Positions 1 to 9,272 of a DNA stretch of 32,885 bases are shown piece after piece. Position numbers and translations under genes: made by a program. Below the pieces are notes generated by a model that was not told the DNA's origin, made no database searches, and saw nothing but the letters and a program-made list of their open reading frames with translations. Source of the stretch: an uncultured virus (IMG/VR IMGVR_UViG_3300031951_000023) (Duplodnaviria > Heunggongvirae > Uroviricota > Caudoviricetes); IMG/VR virus record IMGVR_UViG_3300031951_000023; one strand, written 5' to 3'. Position 1 is the first letter of the stretch. The number at the start of each line of letters is the position of its first letter.

Positions 1-330
1 ACCACAGATCCCTCGGATCTAAACACCCGAGAAGAAATGGTGCGCGTGAACGTTGACGCCATAGCTTACGTGTTGAAGGAAGCCCTGTCTCCATTCATCG
101 GTAAGTCTAACGTCAACAGAGACACCATCCAGGCCATCAGGTTCTTGGTAGATTCCTCTGTCGACGCCCTGAAGGCTCCCGTCGCTGGAACCTCCGCAGG
201 TCCCCAGCTTCTGGAAGGTACTGTTGCTGTAGTAAGAGCTCACGCTCTCTACAAGGACAGGGTTGTGGTCGAAATCAACCTGACCATTCCTTATCCTCTT
301 AACAACATTGAACTTAAGTTGGTCGTCTAA
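1..330 (+). CDS. Contractile tail sheath protein, C-terminal fragment (5'-partial)
   Basis: Frame +1 is open from base 1 (TTDPSDLNTREEMVRVNVDAIAY...). It ends in the sheath-type motif FIGKSN...DRVVVEINLTIPYPLNNIELKLVV and lies directly upstream of a tube-sized gene. Confidence 0.85.
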   Translation, partial: TTDPSDLNTREEMVRVNVDAIAYVLKEALSPFIGKSNVNRDTIQAIRFLVDSSVDALKAPVAGTSAGPQLLEGTVAVVRAHALYKDRVVVEINLTIPYPLNNIELKLVV

Positions 331-353
331 TCAACTGAGGGGAGGTATATAAC

Positions 354-875
354 ATGGGTGTGGGTGCAGGTTTTGACGTTCTAGGCAGAAGGCCCTCACA
401 ATTGGGTGGGGCCTTCACGGCTGACAACGCTTTGCTCTTCGGCGGTGGTCTGCTTGGCGCTAACGGGCCTGCAGGCAGCTTGGTGCAAAGTTTTCAAGCT
501 ACCTACCAACAGCAAGTCAATCAGATCTTTGAAGTTGGTAGCGCCTATCGTTATTATGTCGTCGGTCGTACTCAAGGCACCATGACCTTGGGGCGTATCG
601 TCGGACCTATCAGTGTTCAGACCGATCTGCTACAAAAGCTTGGTGATGTTTGCAGCGGCAAAGCTGAAGACCACACCCTAGCTTTCGTACTAGGCTCGGC
701 TCCCTGTAACTGGTCTGTTCCAGGCCAAGGGCAGGGCCAGGGAGTAATGTCTCTGATTGCTCGCGACGTTATCGCTAGCAACGTTGCTTACTCTGTGCAG
801 GCCGCTGATATGATGATTAGCGAAAATGTTTCCTGTCAGACCGGCGCTATGTACAAGCAACAAGCGGCGGCATAA
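354..875 (+). CDS. Tail tube protein
   Basis: 173 aa, follows the sheath gene, strong SD (GGAGGT). The pattern VQSFQATYQQQVNQIFEVGS..YYVVGRTQGTMTL resembles myovirus/CIS tube proteins. Confidence 0.75.
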   Translation: MGVGAGFDVLGRRPSQLGGAFTADNALLFGGGLLGANGPAGSLVQSFQATYQQQVNQIFEVGSAYRYYVVGRTQGTMTLGRIVGPISVQTDLLQKLGDVCSGKAEDHTLAFVLGSAPCNWSVPGQGQGQGVMSLIARDVIASNVAYSVQAADMMISENVSCQTGAMYKQQAAA

Positions 876-887
876 AGCGAGGGTTTG

Positions 888-3497
888 ATGCCGAGTCCCG
901 AGCATTTTAATGTCGTTGATTACCTTCAACGCATGGAAAGGCTTATAGGGGAACTGTCAAACCGGATAAACGCTTTAGACCAAGTGACCTTGAACCCTAA
1001 CAGGCCAAGGCACGACAAGTCAGGAAACTCAACAATAAACCGGCTGGCGCTTGAGACTACATCTCGGGTGCTGGCCGGTTTCGTTGATGACTCTCTTCCT
1101 TTTTACGGTTGGTACAAGGTAACTCTTGACGGCAAGAACGCGTCCTTGGTTTGTTCTTGTCTATCAGAAGTAGGCACTCAAGGGTCAGGTGTTCAAAAAG
1201 TAGGAACAATACGACCAGGCTCAAGAGTATTTGTAATCTATGGCTTGGGAGAAACTACCGGAACAATAATTGGAGTAGATAACGGTTACTCTGTAGAAAA
1301 CGAAAAAAGCATAAGAGATTTCATAAGCCAGGCGTCTACTAACACTCCAATATCTGAACAAGTCACCACGGCTAGGTTTAATCCAAACTTTATACCTCCA
1401 GCCAAGCTGTCCTACGGATCTCCTGTAGACGAGACATGCTTGGGCGAATGGGGTCGAATGACCGAGACAGGGTCTTCCGTATTCCTAGACCCTTTCATGG
1501 CTTTTCTAAGGTCAGATGAAAACTGCGGATTCTGGGCGTTCTGGCACGATCAGCTAGCTAGGATGCACGGGCACAATCTGCAAATACGGTCAGCAACTAC
1601 AAGTATGGATTTCTTTGACGATGAGAGCGAGCTGTCCTCAATAATAGGACACTCTCCTTATCTATGGGAATCTCTTGGTGGCTTGGTAAAAGGTATCGAG
1701 CTTTTTAAGCAAAGAACCCAAGAGGCTGTGCTTAAAAACTCTACAGAATTTTCTTTGATAGACCTAAAAGAACTTACTCAAACACCTTTTCATAGACTTG
1801 TGGAATACGCAGGTTTTCTTGGGCAAGGCTTCAAGAAGCAATTAAGGCTTCCTCCGCCGGGAAAACAGATTTTCAGCATGGACAGCCCTACGAACGTCCC
1901 TGCTGTTTGGGAAGAGCATTTGGCTCTAGACGGCAACTACCACATGGTGTCGTCTCAGGGAATATTCCTGGCCCACGTTCCGGTATTCAACAGCCCTGTT
2001 CAATTCAAAAGACCTGAAGACGGAACCGGAGATAGATCGCCTGGATACGTTCCAACAGGAAGTCAATCAGATGGAATAGCTTCAGGCCTTAGTGGCGATT
2101 TTCCAGACGGTACAGGAGCCGCGCTTCTTGCTGACGATGAACTTGCTTATGGCATGAAATGGAGGTCTTCTCATCCTTTTTATAAGCACACGAACGATTG
2201 GAAATTATTTGATGACCCGGAGAAAGAAAGTGCTGTCGCTATATCCAACCTTTCTTCTAATCATTACTTGCCTAGGCCAGAGGCTAAAGAAAAAGATGTA
2301 GACCACAGGTTTTCAGCAAACTACCATCCGTCTTTAAGTTTTATATCGATACTTAGGGACGGTACTGTAGTTATTGCAGGCCCTGGCGGCGAAGAAATAA
2401 GAATGGGAGGAGGCAGTATAGAAATAAGCTGTCCTGGGGATATACAGCTAAGGCCTGGAAGAAACCTAGTGGCTCTGACTGGAAAAGACACTGTAGTAAG
2501 GGCAAGGAAGTCTGTAGAAATATCCGCTTCAGAAAACGATGTTAGGCTAAAAGCTGAAAAGAACATGCAGCTTCTAGCTGGAAACTCAAAGACAGGCGGA
2601 CTTCTTCTGGAAAGCCGAGGAGAAGGAGATACTCAAGACTTTGGGCAAATAGGCACGGATACCGTATCAAATGGTGTGATAATAAAGTCAGCAAATCAAG
2701 CTGCTGTGTTTGCCGGAGAAGTTTACATAAAGTCAGGAGCTGGCACTGTCGGAAACGGGAAAATGACGTTTGAAGCGTCAAACTCAATAACTACCAGCTG
2801 CCAAGCTATAAACAATTATGTTTCTTCTTACATATCAGACAACTTTGGTCCTGGAGATCAACTGATAGCCACTAACCAGTACACAGCTTACAACACATAC
2901 ATCTCTGGAGGCCTGTACGTGACAGGCAGAGGAGACTTTTTGGGAGGCGGCGTATTTCAGAGCTCAGTTCAAATAAATAATGGTCATATAGCTACTACTG
3001 CCGGAACTCAATATGTCGGGGAAATAGACCAGAAAGGTAAGGACATCTTAAATCAATACGCGGACGACATATCGAATCTAGGCGCTGGTTTAAAAGAAGA
3101 AAAGATTCAAAACTTTTCAAATCATTTTGCTGACGGAGTTTATAAGGGAATAGGCGTAGCTGAAGGAGCAGGTTTTTCTTTTAGAACAACAAAGCAATGC
3201 GAAGCAGAAGGGTTCATGCTGTTCGAGAGCCGATGGGCGCAAAGAGCTAGGGCTTCAGGGCTTACAGCGTATAAGTGGAAAGAAAAGCCTGTAGTAACAA
3301 ACTCAAACGAGACTTATCCGTATCCAGGAAGAGACGCTTGGCTTGGAACTAGCTATAGAAAATTAAATAGCAAACTGTACACTGCACAAGGATCTAACGG
3401 CTTTATGGCAAAGAAGCCTGGAGAAGAATACGCGTCTGCTACGATAGAAGAAGAAAGTCCAGAGTCTCCAAACGGAAACTACCCAGTGATTCAGTGA
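888..3497 (+). CDS. Baseplate central spike, gp5/gpV/VgrG-like (OB-fold plus beta-helix), with extra domains
   Basis: OB-fold-like segment (GWYKVTLDG...IRPGSRVFVIY) and periodic beta-helix repeats (ISILRDGTVVI...IRMGGGSIEISCPGDIQLRPGRNLVALTGKDTVVRARKSVEISA..DVRLKAEKNMQLLA). Start is ATG 888 or TTG 885. Confidence 0.7.
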   Translation: MPSPEHFNVVDYLQRMERLIGELSNRINALDQVTLNPNRPRHDKSGNSTINRLALETTSRVLAGFVDDSLPFYGWYKVTLDGKNASLVCSCLSEVGTQGSGVQKVGTIRPGSRVFVIYGLGETTGTIIGVDNGYSVENEKSIRDFISQASTNTPISEQVTTARFNPNFIPPAKLSYGSPVDETCLGEWGRMTETGSSVFLDPFMAFLRSDENCGFWAFWHDQLARMHGHNLQIRSATTSMDFFDDESELSSIIGHSPYLWESLGGLVKGIELFKQRTQEAVLKNSTEFSLIDLKELTQTPFHRLVEYAGFLGQGFKKQLRLPPPGKQIFSMDSPTNVPAVWEEHLALDGNYHMVSSQGIFLAHVPVFNSPVQFKRPEDGTGDRSPGYVPTGSQSDGIASGLSGDFPDGTGAALLADDELAYGMKWRSSHPFYKHTNDWKLFDDPEKESAVAISNLSSNHYLPRPEAKEKDVDHRFSANYHPSLSFISILRDGTVVIAGPGGEEIRMGGGSIEISCPGDIQLRPGRNLVALTGKDTVVRARKSVEISASENDVRLKAEKNMQLLAGNSKTGGLLLESRGEGDTQDFGQIGTDTVSNGVIIKSANQAAVFAGEVYIKSGAGTVGNGKMTFEASNSITTSCQAINNYVSSYISDNFGPGDQLIATNQYTAYNTYISGGLYVTGRGDFLGGGVFQSSVQINNGHIATTAGTQYVGEIDQKGKDILNQYADDISNLGAGLKEEKIQNFSNHFADGVYKGIGVAEGAGFSFRTTKQCEAEGFMLFESRWAQRARASGLTAYKWKEKPVVTNSNETYPYPGRDAWLGTSYRKLNSKLYTAQGSNGFMAKKPGEEYASATIEEESPESPNGNYPVIQ

Positions 3498-3507
3498 AAG
3501 GGCGATC

Positions 3508-4569
3508 ATGGATAAACCGATCAAACGGGTTGGATCTTTTAAAAAACTTCCTCCAGTTCCTCCACCAGCCAAACCTACGATAAGCCAGCTTCCTGACTCG
3601 CCAGGAAGTATGCCTCCAGGTACAGTTCTGACTGAAATGGAAAGAGACGGGCTGATGAAGCTCGGAGTAGTTGCAGACCCTTCTACTCTTCCGGCAAACA
3701 TAGCTCAGAGAATAAGCGAAGCTGTTCCTGAAGCTTTGCCTCAAGTTCCAAGACAGAACATGAAACTTCCAGAGCCAGTTGACATTAGCCAGCTGTCGGA
3801 GGAGCAACGTAAAAAAGTAACAGAAGTTTTAAACGCAGCTAAGAACCCGGCAGCAGCTTTAGACTCCGCTAACTTTAAAGAAACAATAAACGATACGTTT
3901 GTAGTAGACGACTTACCAGAGCCTCAGGCTGTAGAAGCGGCAAAGGCTGCTCCGGCTGTTCCTGTAGAAGAGCCAGCTCCGCCTGTAGACGAAAATAAGT
4001 CTGAGTCAGGAATAACAAAACAAGAACCAAAGGCCTGTCCGCATTGCGGTTGGGACCTGGCCAAAGAAGACTTAGTTGAAATAAACGAAGAAGACAAAGT
4101 AAATTTTGTCCAATGCCTTTTGGGCGATGTCAGATTTAAAAAGAAATACAGCATCTTTGGCGGAAGGATGATCGTCACCTTTAGGTCTTTGACTACCAAA
4201 GAGTCAGACCTGGCTTACAAGCAGCTAGTGGTAGACGCGCAAAAAGACGTTCAATCTAAGATTATTGGAGACACCAGCTTCTACTGGAGAACGCTGATGT
4301 CTTACAGATGCGTAATGGCTGTTGAAAGGATAGAGACAGAAAAAGATATCATTGAAGTACCAACTATAGACGAAATAGACGTTCCAGAAGACTCTTATAA
4401 AATTCCGGATACTAAGTTGTTTCCGTTATTTGATGACTTAGTTAGTCAGATAATGCCTAACGAAGTTATGCGTAACACAATTAGTCATCTCTATACCGAG
4501 TTCCAGTCCCTATGTGATAAACTGCAGACTATGGCGGAATCACGGGATTTTTGGAAAGCGATCGGATAG
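3508..4569 (+). CDS. Tail assembly chaperone (gpG-like position) with Pro-rich N-terminus and CPHC motif
   Basis: Two genes upstream of the tape measure gene. Acidic C-terminal domain with FRSLTTKE, and overlapped at its 3' end by a -1 frame ORF. Confidence 0.6.
   Translation: MDKPIKRVGSFKKLPPVPPPAKPTISQLPDSPGSMPPGTVLTEMERDGLMKLGVVADPSTLPANIAQRISEAVPEALPQVPRQNMKLPEPVDISQLSEEQRKKVTEVLNAAKNPAAALDSANFKETINDTFVVDDLPEPQAVEAAKAAPAVPVEEPAPPVDENKSESGITKQEPKACPHCGWDLAKEDLVEINEEDKVNFVQCLLGDVRFKKKYSIFGGRMIVTFRSLTTKESDLAYKQLVVDAQKDVQSKIIGDTSFYWRTLMSYRCVMAVERIETEKDIIEVPTIDEIDVPEDSYKIPDTKLFPLFDDLVSQIMPNEVMRNTISHLYTEFQSLCDKLQTMAESRDFWKAIG
4544..4558 (+). other. Candidate programmed -1 ribosomal frameshift site GGGATTTTTGGAAAG
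   Basis: T5 run (4548-4552) read as GAT TTT TGG in frame 0 and TTT TTG GAA in frame -1, a few codons before the frame-0 stop. Confidence 0.5.
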
Positions 4570-4970
4570 CCTCTCTTTTGGTTAGCCTTGCAACCGAAGG
4601 AGTTATCGACTTCTCGAAAACAAGGCTATTTGATCGCAAATGGGACGCAAGGCTGCTTCTTATATCGAAGCAGTATAGGGCTTTGAAAAATGCAGAGATG
4701 GCCAAGCTATATTTGCATAGATTCATAGCTGCCCTTTCCACCTCGTCTTCCGAATTGTTTGGAAAGGCTTGGGAGAACTCCACAGCCGCAATAGAGCTAT
4801 TTGAAGAATTGACTCTGCCTTGGAAAGAAAAGAATATTGAAAGTGATAGCAGGCCTAATAACCTGAGTTTGATTGAGCAATACAAGGAAGGCATGAAAAG
4901 AATGGAGGATCCAAAGTTCAAGGCAGCTGTAGAGGAAATACTTAAACAGGCATACTCGCGAGGTAATTGA
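4551..4970 (+). CDS. Second tail assembly chaperone segment (gpT-like), probably reached by -1 frameshift
   Basis: Lies in the -1 frame relative to 3508..4569, open from 4521. It has only a TTG start with no well-spaced SD, and abuts the tape measure gene. Confidence 0.55.
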   Translation: MESDRIASLLVSLATEGVIDFSKTRLFDRKWDARLLLISKQYRALKNAEMAKLYLHRFIAALSTSSSELFGKAWENSTAAIELFEELTLPWKEKNIESDSRPNNLSLIEQYKEGMKRMEDPKFKAAVEEILKQAYSRGN

Positions 4971-4972
4971 AT

Positions 4973-7900
4973 GTGCCTGGACCATTAGACCAAGGGTTTT
5001 TCGGATTAGCGGCCCAGAACTCAAATCTGTTCGCCGCTCCTCCAATACAGCCCGTACCTACATTCAACATTGCCGGAGCCCTTGGTATTCAAGGCCCCAT
5101 GGCAATGATGGTCAACAGCGCTGTTCAGAGCATAATCCCTAGCGTGTTCAACATGCAGGGAGGCGTGTTCGGGCAATTCAATCCAACAATGAACTTGCAC
5201 ACGCAACTGCAAAACAATGCAGCATTTGCGATGCAGCAAGAAGCTATGCGAGCCGCCGCAGCTCAAGATCAACGAGCTTATTTAAAAGCTTTTCAAGGCG
5301 CGGCCAATCTTACAGGCGCTAACTTTGGAGACAGAGAAAGAGCCGGCGCTGCGACAATGTCTAGAGACTTGTCGGCAATGATGCCGTTTTTTGCCATGGC
5401 TGATCCTGACTTCTTTGACCGTTTGCACGGGTCAAGAGGTTCTGCAGTCATCATGGCCCAGAGGATGGCTGAAGGCGCTAGGTTTGCCATGGACCCAACT
5501 TCAGGAATGTTGGGTATGGGTAAGGAAAACTTCAAAGGAATACAGCAGCAAGTATTTGACAGGCTGTTTGGAGAAACAGCGGACGTGTCTAGGATGCGCG
5601 GAATAACCGCTGGACAAGCTGGTTCAATGTTTTCTGAGATGGTTTCAAGAGGACTGATGGGCGGTGGCGGAGTAAACATGCAGGCCATGGCAGCGTCTAC
5701 AGGAAAGTCTGTAGATGATTTGCTTAAGATGTCCAGTACTGAGTTCAGCACAAAAGTACAAGGATTTGAAGCTGAAAGAATATCTCAAAAGCTAGAAGGA
5801 ATGGCTGGGGCTATTTCAGCTATGAAAGACATATTTGGGGAAGCCGGTCAACCGGACGCTCCAATAGGTCAGTTGATGAATGCCCTGGAGCTGCTTACTC
5901 AAAACGGATTAGCCTCGAAGTCTCCTCAAGAAGTAGAGATGCTTGTAAGGAATGCGGGTCTTGCCGCCAAGAGAGCGGGCATGAGTATGCAAGCCATGAC
6001 TACGCTCATGGCAAACGCCGGTCAACTTACTGACCAGATGGGTTTGAACAGAAACCTGGCTCCTCAAATAGGCATAGCCGCAGCTACTGGAGCTTCAGTA
6101 AGAGGAGAACTATTTGGCGGCGTCCAAGGTTTTGGAATGCCTACCAAGCAAAACATGGCAATGACCGAGATGAGAGCGCAAGCCTCCGCAGCAGGCAGCG
6201 ATCTTGCCAAGAATCACTCTGCTTTGATAGCCATGCAAGAAGCAGGCATAGATCTCGGTCCAGAATTATCTTCTTATGTTCAAAAGCTAAAAACGGCATC
6301 AGGCCCAGATGTCATGCTTAGCGAAGATGAAATAAAATCAAAGCTAGGAAACAACATCGTAAAATTTAACGCTTTTAAAGCTAACGATAAAGGTCTTCAA
6401 GAATACACAGAGAAATACAACATTGGAGGAAAAGTAGCTTCCCTGTTCCAGGGAAGAGAAGCTCAGGGTAGAGTATCTAGCCAGCTTGCTAACGCCATTC
6501 TTACCAATAGACTTTTTGGAGAAGGAACTACAAAGCAAGAAACAGAGGCAATAACTGCAAAGTCAAAACAGCTTAGCGATTTCGTCGCTGGGCAAGTTAT
6601 GAACATGAATAGTGATCAGCTGCAGAGATATAACAAAGGAGATTTTGGATTTTTGGCAGATGAGGCATTGAAGGCTGGCTTAATAAAACAAGACCAAGTA
6701 GACACATTTAAATCTTCAATGGCGCTTGGAAGATTAAACATAGACACTTTTGCAAGAAACAACAGGTATGAAAGCGGAAACGCGTTCCTAGTTCAGTACA
6801 ACGCCAGAGCAGCAGACGCGATCAGAGCAGAAGAAGGCGTAAGAAACGCTGAAGCTAATGTTCAAAAAGCTTTTTCAAGGCTTGGTCGCGGAACTGCTAT
6901 GCAAAGGGCAGCAGACCTTTTGATGAACGCTGGACCCAAAGCTAACCTGAAAGATTTGATTCGAGGAGGCATAGGAGAAATACCAGCTTCTCAGCTTCAA
7001 TACGTTACTCAAGCCTTCTCAGGGTTCTTGGAAGCTGACGGTACTATAAAAGCCAGGTTTTCTACATCAGATTTAATTCAAGATGCTGGAAAGCTGAAGG
7101 ACGTTCAAGACGAAGGTTTAATGAAAAAATACGGAGTATCTCCAGAAGAATACGCCAAGAACATTCAAGGAAAATCTATAGACAATATTTCTAGGTATTT
7201 AAGAACAAGAGCTAGCACAAATTTTGCAGAAGCTTTAAGTAAAGTAGATGCAGGAGTATTGTCTGTACTAGAAGATAACGCAGCAACAGTAAGCCCAGCT
7301 GCAGTTAATAACGTTATATCTTCAATACAAAGAAAAAGCGGAGGAAGCGTAGACTTTATAAACACTTTGGCTAGATCGTTTACTGAAGGAACTGTGGGCG
7401 CTAGAACTACTCTGTCTAAAGCAAAGAGAGAAGAAGCGCAGGAAAGGCTGTCAGGGACTGCAGCCGCTTTGGATAAGATAGCCAAGATATTTACAGGCTC
7501 AGACCGAGAGAAAGCCGTTACCGGAAAAGATTATTTAAATGCTAACAAGACCGACGCAGGCACAGCTGCTTTTGCGCCTTTAGTGTCTGAAGTAGAAAGA
7601 GCAGAAAAAAACTTGTCTGGTATAAAGAAAGGAAGTATTGGAGACATACTAAAAGAAATAGGGGCGACAGACGCGCAAAAGGCAGAGGCAGCAGCTGATT
7701 TAGCAGAGCGTGAAAACATACTTAAAGCCGATGCGGCTCTTAGAGAAAAAACAGACCCAGCGTCTTTGGAAGAAAGGAAAAAATTACAAAATAAGTATAG
7801 AGACGTAGAAAGCAGGCTAAGAAAGAGAGCTCAAGAGGGAGGTTACAACGTAGAGTCTCTAGAAGCTGGGTTTAAAAGCAGTTTAACGCAAAAGCAACAA

Positions 7901-8602
7901 GAAGAAGCTAGAGTAGGAATTAAACAACTAGTTAATGCTCAAAATAATTTGATAAGGTCTATAAATGATCCTAACTCAAGGCTAGGAGAAGCTAGCGGAG
8001 AAATAGGAAGAAGAGCGGCTGAAGCTATGCTTAGAACTGCCGAAGGAGAGGCGTCAGCTGTTGGACAAATGCAGAGCCAGGGAACAGCCAGCACAGCTGA
8101 AGAAATAAGAAAGCAAGGAGAAAGAGATAGCGCTATAGACCATCTGATGCGAGAGATGGAAGCAGACCCTAAGGAAGTGTCTAACAAAGCGGCTAAAAGT
8201 TTGCTGCAGGATATAGATAAAAGTAGCAAAGAATGGACAGACTTGAACCCGGTTTCAAAAGGCCGGTTGGCTAGAGAAGCTTATTTGGTTAGCAAAGTTT
8301 TTGGAGACAAAGACAAGCTATCCGATGCCGAGCTGGACGCTATAGAAAAAGGCAGCGACGAAGAAAAGAAGTCGGCGTTAAAAGAGCTGGGAGGAAAAGA
8401 AAATCAGTTAATAAAATTGAAGATGGAAGGAAGGTCGGTGGGAACAGATTATTTAAATAAACTAAAAGAACAAGAAAAAGCAGCTACCACCACAGCGTCT
8501 GCTCAAAAATTCCAAATGTCTGGAGGCCTGACTGGCTCACTGGCGTTATCCACTGGAGTAGTAACTCTAAATCTAGAAAACGCTCAACTAGGAGCTATGT
8601 GA
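4973..8602 (+). CDS. Tail tape measure protein
   Basis: About 1210 aa, rich in A/G/M/Q then K/E, helical-looking, Cys-free, downstream of the chaperone pair. GTG 4973 has GAGGT 8 nt upstream; TTG 4967 is the alternative start. Confidence 0.8.
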   Translation: MPGPLDQGFFGLAAQNSNLFAAPPIQPVPTFNIAGALGIQGPMAMMVNSAVQSIIPSVFNMQGGVFGQFNPTMNLHTQLQNNAAFAMQQEAMRAAAAQDQRAYLKAFQGAANLTGANFGDRERAGAATMSRDLSAMMPFFAMADPDFFDRLHGSRGSAVIMAQRMAEGARFAMDPTSGMLGMGKENFKGIQQQVFDRLFGETADVSRMRGITAGQAGSMFSEMVSRGLMGGGGVNMQAMAASTGKSVDDLLKMSSTEFSTKVQGFEAERISQKLEGMAGAISAMKDIFGEAGQPDAPIGQLMNALELLTQNGLASKSPQEVEMLVRNAGLAAKRAGMSMQAMTTLMANAGQLTDQMGLNRNLAPQIGIAAATGASVRGELFGGVQGFGMPTKQNMAMTEMRAQASAAGSDLAKNHSALIAMQEAGIDLGPELSSYVQKLKTASGPDVMLSEDEIKSKLGNNIVKFNAFKANDKGLQEYTEKYNIGGKVASLFQGREAQGRVSSQLANAILTNRLFGEGTTKQETEAITAKSKQLSDFVAGQVMNMNSDQLQRYNKGDFGFLADEALKAGLIKQDQVDTFKSSMALGRLNIDTFARNNRYESGNAFLVQYNARAADAIRAEEGVRNAEANVQKAFSRLGRGTAMQRAADLLMNAGPKANLKDLIRGGIGEIPASQLQYVTQAFSGFLEADGTIKARFSTSDLIQDAGKLKDVQDEGLMKKYGVSPEEYAKNIQGKSIDNISRYLRTRASTNFAEALSKVDAGVLSVLEDNAATVSPAAVNNVISSIQRKSGGSVDFINTLARSFTEGTVGARTTLSKAKREEAQERLSGTAAALDKIAKIFTGSDREKAVTGKDYLNANKTDAGTAAFAPLVSEVERAEKNLSGIKKGSIGDILKEIGATDAQKAEAAADLAERENILKADAALREKTDPASLEERKKLQNKYRDVESRLRKRAQEGGYNVESLEAGFKSSLTQKQQEEARVGIKQLVNAQNNLIRSINDPNSRLGEASGEIGRRAAEAMLRTAEGEASAVGQMQSQGTASTAEEIRKQGERDSAIDHLMREMEADPKEVSNKAAKSLLQDIDKSSKEWTDLNPVSKGRLAREAYLVSKVFGDKDKLSDAELDAIEKGSDEEKKSALKELGGKENQLIKLKMEGRSVGTDYLNKLKEQEKAATTTASAQKFQMSGGLTGSLALSTGVVTLNLENAQLGAM

Positions 8603-8612
8603 GGATAAAGCC

Positions 8613-9263
8613 ATGGCTGTTCTAGACGCTGCCCAAATAAATCAAAGAGGTATAGAAGAGGTACTTGCTGGAGAAGCACAAGTAGCTGAAACTTTGCTAG
8701 GTCTTTTAGAGGCTCAGCCTTCTGGAGATATATTTATTAGTTCTCCAGGTAGCGTAATGCAAGGATCAGTATCTGAAAAAGACAAAGTATTAACTATAAC
8801 GATCACAGCAGATAGAGGAGGAGGAAACAACAACGTAGTATTTTCTAGCAATGAAGGCGCGTTTGGAACAATGGCCTCTGTCGTCACAGGAATAAACTTA
8901 AATGAAGAATGCAACGTTCAGTTCATGCCGTCGCTGAGAAATACGCACTACATATACACCTTCGGTGAAAAAATAGGGCAGATGAGCGTTAGCGGTATAT
9001 GCTTTTTAGTAGGTTGCGCTAATAGCGCGACTGCCGCTGCAACTACAGGTTTCCATAGGGTATACGAGTTCTACCAAGCCTACAGAATTTCAACTTACAA
9101 TTATCCTCTCACGCTAACTCTTACTTCTGTAGGAGGCAAAACCGTAGTCTTTAAATGTTTCTTGTGCAGCTTGAATCAAAGCATCACGGATCCTAGACAA
9201 ATGCTTGGGTCGTTCAATCTGACCATGTATTACATCCAAGACAAGACAACAAATCAGGTTTAA
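8613..9263 (+). CDS. Baseplate tube-initiator-like protein (tube-fold paralog)
   Basis: Follows the tape measure gene. VTGINLNEECNVQFMPSLRNTHYIYTFGEKIGQMSVSG parallels the tube gene's pattern. Confidence 0.5.
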   Translation: MAVLDAAQINQRGIEEVLAGEAQVAETLLGLLEAQPSGDIFISSPGSVMQGSVSEKDKVLTITITADRGGGNNNVVFSSNEGAFGTMASVVTGINLNEECNVQFMPSLRNTHYIYTFGEKIGQMSVSGICFLVGCANSATAAATTGFHRVYEFYQAYRISTYNYPLTLTLTSVGGKTVVFKCFLCSLNQSITDPRQMLGSFNLTMYYIQDKTTNQV

Positions 9264-9272
9264 GGCGCGGAC

